DNA of 64,000 nt, taken from NCBI GenBank assembly GCA_964618725.1, contig CAZUBK010000004.1, positions 15,485 to 79,484 of the forward strand, read 5' to 3'. This DNA is from an uncultured Pseudomonadales bacterium. Lineage in GTDB: Bacteria; Patescibacteriota; Microgenomatia; UBA1400; Chazhemtobacteraceae. Below the pieces are notes generated by a model. That model was not told where the DNA came from. It searched no databases and worked only from the letters and a program-made list of their open reading frames with translations. Positions 36,813 through 46,528 of the stretch are shown in pieces. Position 1 is the first letter of the stretch, and every line of letters starts with the position of its first letter. The position numbers and the translations under genes were made by a program.

Positions 36813-37334
36813 ATGAAAGACCATCTTCACAAATCTAACCAGAACTCCGCCTTCACTTTAATCGAACTCCTCCTCTATACCTCTCTCATGACAGCAACCC
36901 TCCTTGCCCTCATTCCCGTTCTCCAAACTTTCCTCGCTGCCCGCATCAAGAATCAAACCGTTGCAGAAATCGAACAACAGGGACTCCAAGCCATCCAACT
37001 CATCACTCAAACCATTCGTAATGCTGACGCCATCAACTCACCCGCCACTGGCGTTTCCGCCGCTTCACTCTCGTTAGATATGGTCGGCATCTCGCTTGAT
37101 CCCACTGTTTTCGATCTCTCCTCATCTACTCTCCGCATCCAAGAAGCCGCCAGCTCCCCCGTCTCTCTCACCTCCTCATCAATCACCACCTCTTCACTCT
37201 CTTTTTACAATCTCACCAGAGCCAGTACTCCCGGTACCATTAGAATTCAGTTCACTCTTACTTATGTTAATCCCACTGGACGTAATGAATACAATTACTC
37301 AAAAACATTCTATGCCACCGCTACCCTTAGATAA
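36813..37334 (+). CDS. prepilin-type minor pilin
   Basis: NSA|[13 protein letters not shown] prepilin signal. Start at the internal ATG of track ORF 36282..37334. Confidence 0.6.
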   Translation: MKDHLHKSNQNSAFTLIELLLYTSLMTATLLALIPVLQTFLAARIKNQTVAEIEQQGLQAIQLITQTIRNADAINSPATGVSAASLSLDMVGISLDPTVFDLSSSTLRIQEAASSPVSLTSSSITTSSLSFYNLTRASTPGTIRIQFTLTYVNPTGRNEYNYSKTFYATATLR

Positions 37335-37722
37335 CAAAAACACCGGCTACGTCACTCTCATTAGTGCCATTATCATCAGTCTCATTAGCAGTGCCATTGC
37401 CGTTTCTCTCCTCCTCTTGGGTCTATCAAGCTCTCGTACCAGCTTCACCCTCGTCCAAAGCAACCAAGCTAAAGCCCTTGCCGACGCCTGCGCCGAGGAG
37501 GCCCTCCAACAAATTCGTGCTTCTCTTATCTTCACTGGTTCCGCTTCTGTTTCTCTTGGAGCAGGCTCTTGTACCTATACCGTCACCTCTCAAGGCGCTC
37601 AGAATCGGACTGCCACTGTCTCAGGCACAGTTGGTACCGTTGTCCGTAAAGTCCAAATCACCCTTGATTCAATTAATCCTGATATCAACATCACTTCTTG
37701 GCAAGAAGTTGCCGACTTCTAA
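37312..37722 (+). CDS. prepilin-like minor pilin (atypical GYVTL signal)
   Basis: NTG|[19 protein letters not shown]. Start at the internal ATG of track ORF 37096..37722. Confidence 0.5.
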   Translation: MPPLPLDNKNTGYVTLISAIIISLISSAIAVSLLLLGLSSSRTSFTLVQSNQAKALADACAEEALQQIRASLIFTGSASVSLGAGSCTYTVTSQGAQNRTATVSGTVGTVVRKVQITLDSINPDINITSWQEVADF

Positions 37723-37759
37723 AAGTGTTAGTATTTACTTAAGAACAATTACACCATCT

Positions 37760-38209
37760 ATGCTCAAAATCAAACAAAAAAACGGTTTCACTCTTCTCGA
37801 GATCCTTCTCGTCGTTGCCGCCATCGGCATCTTAGCTGGCATAGTCATTCTCGCCATCAATCCAAGCAAACAACTTGCCGATACCCGTAACGCTCAAAGA
37901 CGCGTCGACGTCAATACTATCCTTAATGCTGTCTATCAATACTCCATTGACAACAACGGTAGTCTACCCAGCTCAATCACCACCTCGGCCACAGCTATCT
38001 GTCAAACCGGCTCTGGCTCGTGTACTGGACTAATCGACCTTACCGTCCTCACCACCAGTGAAAAGTATCTCGTCTCTATCCCCAAAGATCCCCTCATTAC
38101 CGCCACTAGTGGCACGACCGATTATACTATCGTCAAATCCAGTAACGGCCGTGTCACCGTCGCTGCTCCAAGTGCTGAACAGTCTGCCACTATTAGTGTC
38201 ACCCGTTAA
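37760..38209 (+). CDS. type IV major pilin candidate
   Basis: MLKIKQKNG|[19 protein letters not shown] is the canonical prepilin leader and N-terminal helix. 149 aa. Has a C-terminal Cys pair. Confidence 0.7.
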   Translation: MLKIKQKNGFTLLEILLVVAAIGILAGIVILAINPSKQLADTRNAQRRVDVNTILNAVYQYSIDNNGSLPSSITTSATAICQTGSGSCTGLIDLTVLTTSEKYLVSIPKDPLITATSGTTDYTIVKSSNGRVTVAAPSAEQSATISVTR

Positions 38210-38220
38210 ATTGTTTCACG

Positions 38221-39609
38221 ATGTTCAAACCACCAAAGGACAAATTTACCTCTATTCTGATCCCCATCAATCAGAACAAAACTGGCAGCCTTATCCTCCA
38301 ACTCCTTATCTTCCTCCTGATTCTTTTTCCTACCGGTCTTCTCTCCAGTATCCTAAGCACCAAAATCTACCAAACTTTAGGCTCTATAGGGCCCACTATC
38401 GAGCTGATCACTCTAATCGGACTCATCTTCCTCGCTAATGCAATCTCCACTTTTTTCATTGTCCGTTTAGTCAGAACCTCGTTAAGCCGTCATCTACTCG
38501 AAGAAGAACGCACCAAAGACGAAATTATTCTTGCGTCTCTCGGTAGAGGTCTAGTAGTCTTTGACCGTTCCGGTCGTATCACCAAAGTCAACCAAGCCTT
38601 CGAGAAACTCACCGGTTTCAGCGAAAGAGAGACCGTTGGTAAACACCTGGCTGACATAATCTTAATCAAAGATGAGAATGACAATCTAGTCTCTTTCCAC
38701 GACAAGATCTTCGCTAGAATTCTCCGAAATGAACGAGTCGGTAGTAAAACCACCACCCCATATTACTATACCCGCAAAGACAAAACCCGCTTTCCTGTCA
38801 AATTTATGATTTCTCCCATTAAAGTCGGCTCCACCATCACTGGAGCTGTCCAAACTTTTAGGGATGCCACTAAAGATCAAGAGATTGACCGGGCCAAATC
38901 TGAGTTTGTCTCCCTTGCCTCGCATCAGCTTCGTACCCCACTCACCACCATCAATTGGTACATCGAGATGCTTACCTCCAAAAAAACCGGCCCCGTCAAC
39001 AAGATCCAGTCGACATACATTCAAGAAATTACCCGCGCCAGTAAGCGTATGGTTGAACTAGTCAACTCTCTTCTTAATGTCAGTCGTATCGAAATGGGAA
39101 CATTTAGTATTGAACCTCTCCCCGTTGACGTCGTTCAATTGGCCGAAGCTACGATAAAGGAATTATTTCCCCAGATTACCACCAAGCATCTCAAATTAAC
39201 CAAAATCTATGATCCCAAAGATATCATCATCAAGAATGATCCCAAACTCGTCAGTATCATCATCCAGAATCTACTTAGTAATGCTGTTAAGTACACTCCC
39301 AAAGACGGCAAGATTGGCCTTAGCATCAAAGGTGTCAATGCTCATATTCTCATCAAAGTCACAGATACCGGTCTCGGTATTCCTGCTCCACAACAAGACA
39401 AGATCTTTGGCAAGTTCTTCCGTGCCGACAATGTTCAAATAATGGATGTCGACGGCACCGGTCTTGGCCTCTATCTCACCAAAACCATTGTCAACATTTG
39501 CAAAGGCCGAATCTGGTTTGAGTCAACCGAAGGCAAAGGCACTACTTTTTTCGTCAATCTACCCCTAAAAAGCTCACATCTCAAAAAATCTGCCAGGACT
39601 ATCAAATGA
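38221..39609 (+). CDS. sensor histidine kinase with PAS domain
   Basis: N-terminal TM segments, PAS (SLGRGLVVFDRSGRITKVNQAFEKLTGF), HisKA H-box SHQLRTPLTTI, and HATPase_c GTGLGLYL. Confidence 0.8.
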   Translation: MFKPPKDKFTSILIPINQNKTGSLILQLLIFLLILFPTGLLSSILSTKIYQTLGSIGPTIELITLIGLIFLANAISTFFIVRLVRTSLSRHLLEEERTKDEIILASLGRGLVVFDRSGRITKVNQAFEKLTGFSERETVGKHLADIILIKDENDNLVSFHDKIFARILRNERVGSKTTTPYYYTRKDKTRFPVKFMISPIKVGSTITGAVQTFRDATKDQEIDRAKSEFVSLASHQLRTPLTTINWYIEMLTSKKTGPVNKIQSTYIQEITRASKRMVELVNSLLNVSRIEMGTFSIEPLPVDVVQLAEATIKELFPQITTKHLKLTKIYDPKDIIIKNDPKLVSIIIQNLLSNAVKYTPKDGKIGLSIKGVNAHILIKVTDTGLGIPAPQQDKIFGKFFRADNVQIMDVDGTGLGLYLTKTIVNICKGRIWFESTEGKGTTFFVNLPLKSSHLKKSARTIK

Positions 39610-39614
39610 ACTTT

Positions 39615-40502
39615 TTAAAGCCAACTCCACATCTTCATCGCTTCCCATACATTCTTCACTTCAACCACTCCAGCTGGCAATTCTCCATGCGCTCCAAAAA
39701 CAATTTCGCTTTGTATCTTCACCAAATTAGTCTCAGGTACACCAGCGTGTAGGGGAGCGAGAATATCCCCTTGCAAACTATCACCCCAGACCCCCACCTC
39801 ACTTGGCAAAACCCCTTCTTCCTCAATCAGCTGCTGCCACTGCTCTATCCCTTTTGGACCATTTACCGTTATTGTCTTAACACCGTTAAGACAATCAATC
39901 AAACCGTTGCTGGCCAATTTGAAATTAGTCCAACGATCATCTGCATGTGTCGCTGCAATCACTCTTACTTCTTTAAGTGAAGACCAGACCAAGGCCGCTT
40001 TCTCTACCTCCTCACAGACAACTGGCAAATCATTCCAATATATCTGCATCGCCTCATCTTGTGCCCTTTCTAAAACCTCCCGCTCTTCTCTCCCCAAACC
40101 AAGCCGAAAGAATACCACCGACATTGCCAGAGGCATCACTTCTGGGTCCACCCATAGCTTTGATTTCAGACTACCCATTGCCTCAAAGATCATACCTCTA
40201 ACCTCTAGTACATCCATCCCTGCCCCAACAGCCAGTATATCGGCCGCAGACTCAATTCTTCTTATAAAAACATCGTGAGTCTTCACCAAAGTATCATCAA
40301 CATCCAGAAATAAAACTTTAATACCCCTACGTCGAAGTCCCGACTCAAATCTCTCTGCTTGAATTTCAAAACTCAAATCATCAAACCTTGATTCACTTTC
40401 TTTCATGTTTTTCATCATACCCGAATTCCTGGGGGAGTAAAGACCACCACCCTCTAGTAATACTCTCTCCCCGCCTATAATTAACTTTTCACAGCAGACC
40501 AT
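39615..40502 (-). CDS. HAD-superfamily hydrolase
   Basis: VLFLDVDDTLV (DxDxT motif I) and VGVWGDSLQGD (motif IV). Confidence 0.6.
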   Translation of the reverse strand: MVCCEKLIIGGERVLLEGGGLYSPRNSGMMKNMKESESRFDDLSFEIQAERFESGLRRRGIKVLFLDVDDTLVKTHDVFIRRIESAADILAVGAGMDVLEVRGMIFEAMGSLKSKLWVDPEVMPLAMSVVFFRLGLGREEREVLERAQDEAMQIYWNDLPVVCEEVEKAALVWSSLKEVRVIAATHADDRWTNFKLASNGLIDCLNGVKTITVNGPKGIEQWQQLIEEEGVLPSEVGVWGDSLQGDILAPLHAGVPETNLVKIQSEIVFGAHGELPAGVVEVKNVWEAMKMWSWL

Positions 40503-41061
40503 ATCCCATACTTTTACTTATATTTTGATATTTGACCAATTCACACTCCATCACCTGCTTTAATCCTTTTTTCAATCTACCACTCAACGCACCATAGGGG
40601 AGTCTAAAAAAACTAATTCCCAGGAGTCTTTTCGGACAGCGACTCACCTACTAAGCTAAAATACAGTTACGTCGCACATTGTTACATAATATCAACCGCC
40701 TACAATACCTCTAAAAGGCTTTCTGACCCCTGCAATATACTGACACAAACCAACAGAAAGGGCAGACTTCATCCTCCCAGGGACAAACTAATATAATTTT
40801 CTATCAACTTGATATTATCTCGAGTGCAGCCTCTTCAAATCTAATGACACAGTCTGATATGTCATTATTTCCCTCTATTTCTTTCAACATTAATTCCCGC
40901 ATTTCTCCTTTTTCCACACTTTATCCACTCACCACTCAAAATAGACCTTATAACAGATCAAGCACTTTTTTTACTCAAGTTACCCTCTCAAAAACTCTTT
41001 GAGTAATTTATTTACACAACTACCCCACCCTCTAACCCAACTATTGGCTAAACCCTCTCCC

Positions 41062-41171
41062 CCTTACAGGATCTTCGACCCATTCGCTGAAGCTCAGGAT
41101 CTTCGACCCTTACGGGATCTTCGACCCATTCGCTGAAGCTCAGGATCTTCGACCCTTACGGGATCTTCGAC
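41062..41171 (-). repeat. tandem array of the GTCGAAGATCC repeat family, inverted relative to the array at 10924-11100
   Basis: Reverse-complement units GGGTCGAAGATCC(C/T)GTAAGG and GGGTCGAAGATCCTGAGCTTCAGCGAATGG, four units in all. It sits at the end of a 560-nt non-coding stretch, immediately upstream of the rpmG -10. Confidence 0.9.
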
Positions 41172-41190
41172 TTTCTGGTAAAATACCCTC

Positions 41191-41364
41191 ATGGCAAAAA
41201 AAGGCCCCCGACAACTAGCTGGACTCAAATGTACCGTTTGTAGTAACTTCAACTATCTCTCCGAGAGAAACCGTACTAACACGGTTGAAAAATTGATGAT
41301 CAAGAAGCACTGCCCGAAGTGCCGCAAACATACGGAGCACAAAGAAGTATCTAAGCTCAAATAA
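41191..41364 (+). CDS. rpmG: 50S ribosomal protein L33 (not in the ORF track), probably leaderless
   Basis: MAKKGPRQLAGLKCTVCSNFNYLSERNRTNTVEKLMIKKHCPKCRKHTEHKEVSKLK, with L33 CxxC...CxxC motifs. TGGTAAAAT lies 7 nt upstream of the ATG. Confidence 0.8.
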   Translation: MAKKGPRQLAGLKCTVCSNFNYLSERNRTNTVEKLMIKKHCPKCRKHTEHKEVSKLK

Positions 41365-41376
41365 AGTGAAGTCCTT

Positions 41377-42015
41377 TTAATCTTCCTCCCTATTCGCAAT
41401 CCATAGATTTGCATCCTGCATCCCCATTTCCATGGGCCATTCGTCTTCTTTCCTAGTCAACAAAAAAAACATCCGGTAATCCTCTACCACAAAGTGTTTA
41501 CCTTCCTCCCCCTCCAGCATATTCTCATCCCACCATCTATTGGAGAAGTCAGAAAAACCTAACTTCATGTCCTTACCTGCATACAAGTGATATGGATTTG
41601 CCAACCAAAGTTGTCTCTTCTCCATATCTATCCCCGTTACTAGACTGTAATGTCCATCTTCATCACTCTCACCGTTTTCGACGTCTTCGAATATCCCCTG
41701 CCACTCAACTCCTAAAGGATAGCCTCGTCCATTCACTATTTTGTCGATATCGCGATATTTTGCCTCTTCTTTGTACCACAGCTTAAAGTCCGGAGCCAAA
41801 GCTCTCACTGCCAATACCATATCGGCCAAAGTAACTCCATGTTCTTTTAGCCTCGATTTAACATTAGCTGCCTTCACAATCTCCCGTTGCAAAACTCTCA
41901 CCCCCAAATGGTCAAACATCATTCGTAGCGTTGCTGGTCCACAATGAGAATCCGAGATCTGCATTACCCGTTTGATATGAGAAAACCTACCTTCGTGTCT
42001 AGAGTTGCTTGCCAT
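41377..42015 (-). CDS. papain-like cysteine peptidase, C39-like (weak)
   Basis: 212 aa. ISDSHCGPATLRMM (Cys motif) and DGHYSLVTGID (His motif) occur in the order typical of C39/papain-like peptidases. Confidence 0.4.
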   Translation of the reverse strand: MASNSRHEGRFSHIKRVMQISDSHCGPATLRMMFDHLGVRVLQREIVKAANVKSRLKEHGVTLADMVLAVRALAPDFKLWYKEEAKYRDIDKIVNGRGYPLGVEWQGIFEDVENGESDEDGHYSLVTGIDMEKRQLWLANPYHLYAGKDMKLGFSDFSNRWWDENMLEGEEGKHFVVEDYRMFFLLTRKEDEWPMEMGMQDANLWIANREED

Positions 42016-43177
42016 ACTTACTTATCAAACTACCAATTAACTCACTGAATTCTACACCATACATCGCCGCGGCTTCAGTGAATGGTAGCCCTAAATCTGG
42101 ACCAAAAGCAGTATTGGGATTACTATCTGTAAAGTACGGGATCCCCGTCTCTTCTTCGACCCGGACATCAAACTTGGCATAGTCCTTGTGGTGTAGTGCG
42201 TTAAATGCTCTGATCGCTAACTTAGTTACCCGACTTCTCAGCGGCTCATGGACTGGATTCACCTTCCACGCCTTTTCATCTTCATATGTCTCAATACTAG
42301 TAAAGTAATGCTTTCCATCCGCCTTAACCCGATACTTCTTTTCCACCAAGAATACATGTTTACGAGCTCCATCATCAAAGACACAGGCCGTCAACTCCGG
42401 CCCATCGATGAACTGCTCAACAATCACTGGTATCTTGTAGGTACTAATCATCTCATTCACCTTCTCCTGCGCCTCAGGAAAGCTCTCCTTCACGGCTTTG
42501 TTATCAATCCCCACCGACCCACCACTCTCATTCAACTTCACAATCAAGGGCACTCCGAGCGACTGATCAATCTTTGTTCCCACCCGCCTAATAAATTGAT
42601 AGGCTGGTGTTGGGATGTCATAGGCCATTAAGACTCTCTTAGTTAGGTTGCGATTATTCCCAATTACCATCCCCGTCATCCCCGCTCCTGTATACGGTAC
42701 ATTGGCTAACTCCAAGGCCGCTGGTACCGACGTCTGAAGCATGTCTTTACCTTTGAGCGTATCCACTAGATTAACCACTAAATTGGGCTTGTCAATTAAC
42801 AAATTAGTCAAAAAATACTGGTCACCTGGATACAACTTTGCCCTTATTCCCAGTTTCTCTATTTCTTCCGCCACCTCCTCAGCCCGATCCTCCACCTCCA
42901 CCTCAGCATCATAGGCCTCTTCCGTGGCAAACATCTCCCGCTCAACATGAGAATATGCCACCGCCACCAATTTAAGTCGTTTCAACCCTTCTTTATCTAC
43001 ATTCACCTTCGGCTTCTTCATCAACTGTTTTACTGACATGCCATTGCGTTTGATCACCTTCTCTTTCTTCTTGAGCTTTACCACCTTCTCCTCAAGCTTC
43101 GCCTTTGGCTTCACTTCCTCAACCACTTTAAGAGTTGATCCCTGTTCTTTCTCTATTTCCCCTTCTTTTCCTGGCAT
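41999..43177 (-). CDS. ddl: D-alanine--D-alanine ligase-like ATP-grasp enzyme with a Lys/Glu-rich N-terminal extension
   Basis: LKLVAVAYSHVEREMF (Ddl N-domain) and PLIVKLNESGGSVGI (ATP-grasp). About 90 aa of charged N-terminal extension. The 3' end overlaps the C39-like gene start by 17 nt. Confidence 0.65.
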   Translation of the reverse strand: MPGKEGEIEKEQGSTLKVVEEVKPKAKLEEKVVKLKKKEKVIKRNGMSVKQLMKKPKVNVDKEGLKRLKLVAVAYSHVEREMFATEEAYDAEVEVEDRAEEVAEEIEKLGIRAKLYPGDQYFLTNLLIDKPNLVVNLVDTLKGKDMLQTSVPAALELANVPYTGAGMTGMVIGNNRNLTKRVLMAYDIPTPAYQFIRRVGTKIDQSLGVPLIVKLNESGGSVGIDNKAVKESFPEAQEKVNEMISTYKIPVIVEQFIDGPELTACVFDDGARKHVFLVEKKYRVKADGKHYFTSIETYEDEKAWKVNPVHEPLRSRVTKLAIRAFNALHHKDYAKFDVRVEEETGIPYFTDSNPNTAFGPDLGLPFTEAAAMYGVEFSELIGSLISKYGKQL

Positions 43178-43228
43178 ATCTTCACTTTACTCAATATTGC
43201 CTCCCACTTGCAAGCCCAGCAGTTCCGC

Positions 43229-43465
43229 CTACCTCCGAAGCAAAAGACTCCAAGTCAACGCTCTCTCTGCCGCCTTCTCCTTCTCCGGCCGCTGAATCTC
43301 CTTAAACCACCAACTCCACTCCCGTCCTGCTACCTTCTCTCCATGGGGATACAAACTTGTTCCTCTATTTATAAACATGTCAGCCATGCTTAAATCCCCA
43401 TTTTGTAACCACCAAGAAATCCTCAACAAGTCAGTTGACCAATTCAATCTATCCTGTCTTGACAT
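43229..43465 (-). CDS. hypothetical protein, 78 aa
   Basis: ORF from the track only. Overlaps the next ORF by 17 nt. Confidence 0.3.
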   Translation of the reverse strand: MSRQDRLNWSTDLLRISWWLQNGDLSMADMFINRGTSLYPHGEKVAGREWSWWFKEIQRPEKEKAAERALTWSLLLRR

Positions 43466-43796
43466 ATTTACCCATAAATCTACTAATTACTTCCAGCATC
43501 TTTCTTCTAATACTCTCATCGCTCACTATCTGACTGTTGTTTAAGTTCGGCCTCGTATTGATTAGCGATACATAATCCACTCCCCCTGTTGTTAAGTCTA
43601 TTCCCCCTCCCCATAGATCCTTTTGTTTACTTCCTTCTCTCAACAATACCTGCTCGGCATCCGCATGCCACTCCCCACCAATAGCCAAGATGCCTTGCTC
43701 CACATCAACCACCACTTTGATGTAATCACCCAAGTCTTCCCTCGCCAAAGATAGATCTTGATCAGCAACGATATCACGAACAACTATAACAGCCAT
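43449..43796 (-). CDS. hypothetical protein, 115 aa
   Basis: ORF from the track, no recognised motif. Confidence 0.4.
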   Translation of the reverse strand: MAVIVVRDIVADQDLSLAREDLGDYIKVVVDVEQGILAIGGEWHADAEQVLLREGSKQKDLWGGGIDLTTGGVDYVSLINTRPNLNNSQIVSDESIRRKMLEVISRFMGKYVKTG

Positions 43797-43840
43797 AAGC
43801 CAATTCTACCGTATCAATGGTAAAATACCCTTGTAAACTT

Positions 43841-43913
43841 AGGCGCGTAGCTCAGTTGGTAGAGCATTGGTCTCCAAAACCAAGGGTCCCAGGTTCAAGC
43901 CCTGGCGCGCCTG
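43841..43913 (+). tRNA. tRNA-Trp (anticodon CCA)
   Basis: AGGCGCG acceptor, GCUC-AGUUGGUA-GAGC D-arm, UUGGU-CUCCAAA-ACCAA anticodon arm (CCA), CCAGG-UUCAAGC-CCUGG T-arm. TGGTAAAAT lies 15 nt upstream. Confidence 0.85.
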
Positions 43914-43916
43914 CAG

Positions 43917-44378
43917 CTATAGAACCAAACGGTAGTTGAATTTATCTCCTTCCTTCCCCGTCTGTCTGAATCCATTTTTCTCATAAAACCGGTGAGCCCT
44001 GGTCATTAACTCGTGAGTGTTTAAAATCACCTCCTTAAATTCCTGGGCTTTTGCGTAATCCAAAGCAACTTCAATCAATTTTTGGCCAATTCCCAATCCG
44101 TGAAAATCACTGTTCACAAACATTCTATTTAACTTCGCTTGATCACCTCCCATGTCCCTTATTCCCACCGTCCCAACAACTTCTCCATTTTTAACTGCTA
44201 CCCAAAAATTTCCCCTACCACTATAAACCTCGTGGATCCGAAACAAATCCTCATCATCTATAACTTCCTCAGACTCAGGAATGACCTTAAGCCATTTTAA
44301 GGACTGATCAATAAGCTTAATAACCTGATCCCGATATTCAGGCTTAAACTGTACAATTTTATAGTCTTCCATAATCAA
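43917..44378 (-). CDS. GNAT-family N-acetyltransferase
   Basis: 153 aa. Motif A region HGLGIGQKLIEVALDYAK. Confidence 0.7.
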   Translation of the reverse strand: MIMEDYKIVQFKPEYRDQVIKLIDQSLKWLKVIPESEEVIDDEDLFRIHEVYSGRGNFWVAVKNGEVVGTVGIRDMGGDQAKLNRMFVNSDFHGLGIGQKLIEVALDYAKAQEFKEVILNTHELMTRAHRFYEKNGFRQTGKEGDKFNYRLVL

Positions 44379-44502
44379 AATTATACGTCAGACAATAAGT
44401 TCCCACAAAGTGGTTCGACCACGCTCAACATCTACGATCCATTAGTCCCTGCAATCTCATGCTAAAATTTCTCTCAACACTTGCACCTTAAAGGAGAAGA
44501 AC

Positions 44503-44739
44503 TTGAAATTCACCCGAGTCACCCATTACGCACAAAACGACCCTGAATACATGTCCGATTATCTTAATATCGAACTCCTCAACGAAGCTGGTACAGCTAT
44601 TCTCTCATTTAGTGATGCCTATCACGAACACGGGCAAGATATCATCAAAGGCTTCATTATGGGAATCGAATACCTCACTAACCAAAAGATTGAGGTGATC
44701 GAGTTAGATATTGCAGACGGACCAGAACAGATTTGGTAG
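44503..44739 (+). CDS. hypothetical protein, 78 aa
   Basis: ORF from the track with a GGAGAAGAA RBS. Confidence 0.4.
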   Translation: MKFTRVTHYAQNDPEYMSDYLNIELLNEAGTAILSFSDAYHEHGQDIIKGFIMGIEYLTNQKIEVIELDIADGPEQIW

Positions 44740-44795
44740 TTCTGTGCTATACTTATAAGGTACAATCACATCACCGTTCCACTAAGGAGAAATCA

Positions 44796-45236
44796 ATGCG
44801 TTGTCCCAATTGTAATTCAGATAATCCATCTAACGCCAAGTTCTGCAATCAGTGTGGCTCCAATCTCCAACCAACCAAGAATGACAATCCTGATACCTTC
44901 GTTCCTGAAGGACCACCACTCATATATTTCGGTATCTTTACCCGTGGCGGATATGGCGATGGCTACTCAACCTCGTTCGGTTTTGAAACTAGCCCTGAAC
45001 AAGCGCTCAAGTGGCTCAATAGTCCAGCGTCTCTCTCGTTGTTCAATCCAAACGAGGAATATTTCCTCGGCAAGGTCAGCCCAATGAGCCTATTCCCCAC
45101 CGATCCTCAAAAAATGATCTCTGAGCGTTTCAACGTTCATGAATGGTACAAACTCATTTGGAATGACCAGAACTGGGAAATCGGAGAGAAATTGTCCGTT
45201 CAGCCCTCTACCATCGGCCTCTCGCCTTTAGAATAG
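44796..45236 (+). CDS. hypothetical protein with an N-terminal zinc ribbon
   Basis: Starts MRCPNCNSDNPSNAKFCNQCGS (C4 ribbon). AAGGAGA RBS. Start at the internal ATG of track ORF 44733..45236. Confidence 0.45.
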   Translation: MRCPNCNSDNPSNAKFCNQCGSNLQPTKNDNPDTFVPEGPPLIYFGIFTRGGYGDGYSTSFGFETSPEQALKWLNSPASLSLFNPNEEYFLGKVSPMSLFPTDPQKMISERFNVHEWYKLIWNDQNWEIGEKLSVQPSTIGLSPLE

Positions 45237-45250
45237 TCCTACTCTACTAC

Positions 45251-45278
45251 AACCCACACTCTTCAGTGTGGGTTTTCT
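45251..45278 (+). terminator. rho-independent terminator (AACCCACACT-cttc-AGTGTGGGTT + U)
   Basis: Member of the CCCACAC...GTGTGGG terminator family. Confidence 0.6.
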
Positions 45279-45421
45279 ATATCCAAGTTCCACATAGTGG
45301 TTCTACCACGCTCACCATCTGCGATCCACCAGAGCCTACAAACTAGCCCCATAATTTGACTTCCCTTCTCTAACCTGAGATAATCTGGCTATCGATTTCC
45401 AAAATCAAAAAGGAGTCTAAC

Positions 45422-45901
45422 TTGAAAAACTTAGCTGGTGATCGTGACTGCGACCGCACAATTGAATCAGAACTGACCCAAGCCGGTATAGAAATACTAA
45501 AACTTCCCGGCTCACTGAATCTGGAAGTCCCAGCCTCTATCATTGGGATTCTTGGTCCTTTCAAATTCTCCCGAGCTTGGTACTATTGGGAGGCAGAAGG
45601 CAAGGTTCCGCTTGCTGTTGCCAACGAAATGTACGAAACCGAAATTGGTAGAAAGTTTATTCGAGTTGCCGGTCACGCAGGTTGCCCACCCCCTCACGAG
45701 TGGGCATTCCCAGAGCTTGACGACAGTCTAGCATCACAGCTGACTGCTTTAGGACTTGACTGTCCTACCTACGATGAAATTGCTGAACTTCTTGATAGCG
45801 GCCAGATTACCGGTGATCGATTTGTTAATCCGTATCACATCGATTCTCAAGAAGGACTCAATCTCTTTGCTGCCACTCTTCGAAAACACGATCTAGTCTA
45901 G
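45422..45901 (+). CDS. hypothetical protein, 159 aa
   Basis: ORF from the track. Monocistronic, with its own terminator. Confidence 0.45.
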   Translation: MKNLAGDRDCDRTIESELTQAGIEILKLPGSLNLEVPASIIGILGPFKFSRAWYYWEAEGKVPLAVANEMYETEIGRKFIRVAGHAGCPPPHEWAFPELDDSLASQLTALGLDCPTYDEIAELLDSGQITGDRFVNPYHIDSQEGLNLFAATLRKHDLV

Positions 45902-45909
45902 GAATCTAT

Positions 45910-45935
45910 ACCCACACGCAAGTGTGGGTTTTCTG
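45910..45935 (+). terminator. rho-independent terminator (CCCACAC-gcaa-GTGTGGG + TTTTCT)
   Basis: Same stem family as the terminator at 45251. Confidence 0.6.
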
Positions 45936-45998
45936 TGTAGGTAAACACCAACAAAATCAATTTATCCCTCTCTACATAAGGCTAACAGTAGCCTCATC

Positions 45999-46394
45999 AT
46001 GTTATACTCGCCTGCATCGCACTTTTATTCAGGAGAAACCAACGTGAGCAATTTAGCTCCAGCTCTATCGACCAAACAAGCCATTGATCTCATCCAGGAT
46101 CAGAAACCCCGGGGGAAATACAAAGCACATTTTTTCACTAGCTATGAACTAGTCAAAGCAAACATCGAATACGGATTTGAGATTGACAACCCCGCTTGGC
46201 GGCATGAAGCCTGCTTAGCCAATGTCACTGTCTACGATCCTGTTACCGACGAACACCGATTAACCCAGATCTTTTTAGCAAAGCTACATCAAAGCTGGGG
46301 CAATAACACTACCTGGTGCCTAGGCTTCTTCATTCCGCACGCCGAAACAATGATTCTCCTCGAATATCGCATTCTTAATCAACATCTCAAATAG
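45999..46394 (+). CDS. hypothetical protein, 131 aa
   Basis: ORF from the track. Confidence 0.45.
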   Translation: MLYSPASHFYSGETNVSNLAPALSTKQAIDLIQDQKPRGKYKAHFFTSYELVKANIEYGFEIDNPAWRHEACLANVTVYDPVTDEHRLTQIFLAKLHQSWGNNTTWCLGFFIPHAETMILLEYRILNQHLK

Positions 46395-46402
46395 TACGCA
46401 AC

Positions 46403-46432
46403 CCCCCGCCCTCTACCAAGGGCGGGTTTTTT
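46403..46432 (+). terminator. rho-independent terminator (CCCGCCC-tctaccaa-GGGCGGG + T6)
   Basis: 7-bp GC stem plus a U-run. Confidence 0.6.
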
Positions 46433-46528
46433 AACTCCACCAACGCATTGGCCTCTCGGTAAATTTATTCCAATAGTGCATCAATCAAGATATAATCACC
46501 CCCAAGCACATTGAAAAAGGAGAAACAA

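Noticed and set aside
36282-38209. Long overlapping plus-strand ORFs 36282..37334, 37096..37722 and 37364..38209
   Set aside because: The N-terminal portions read through neighbouring pilin genes in other frames. Internal ATGs followed by prepilin signals (G|FTLIE and similar) give the non-overlapping gene set reported.
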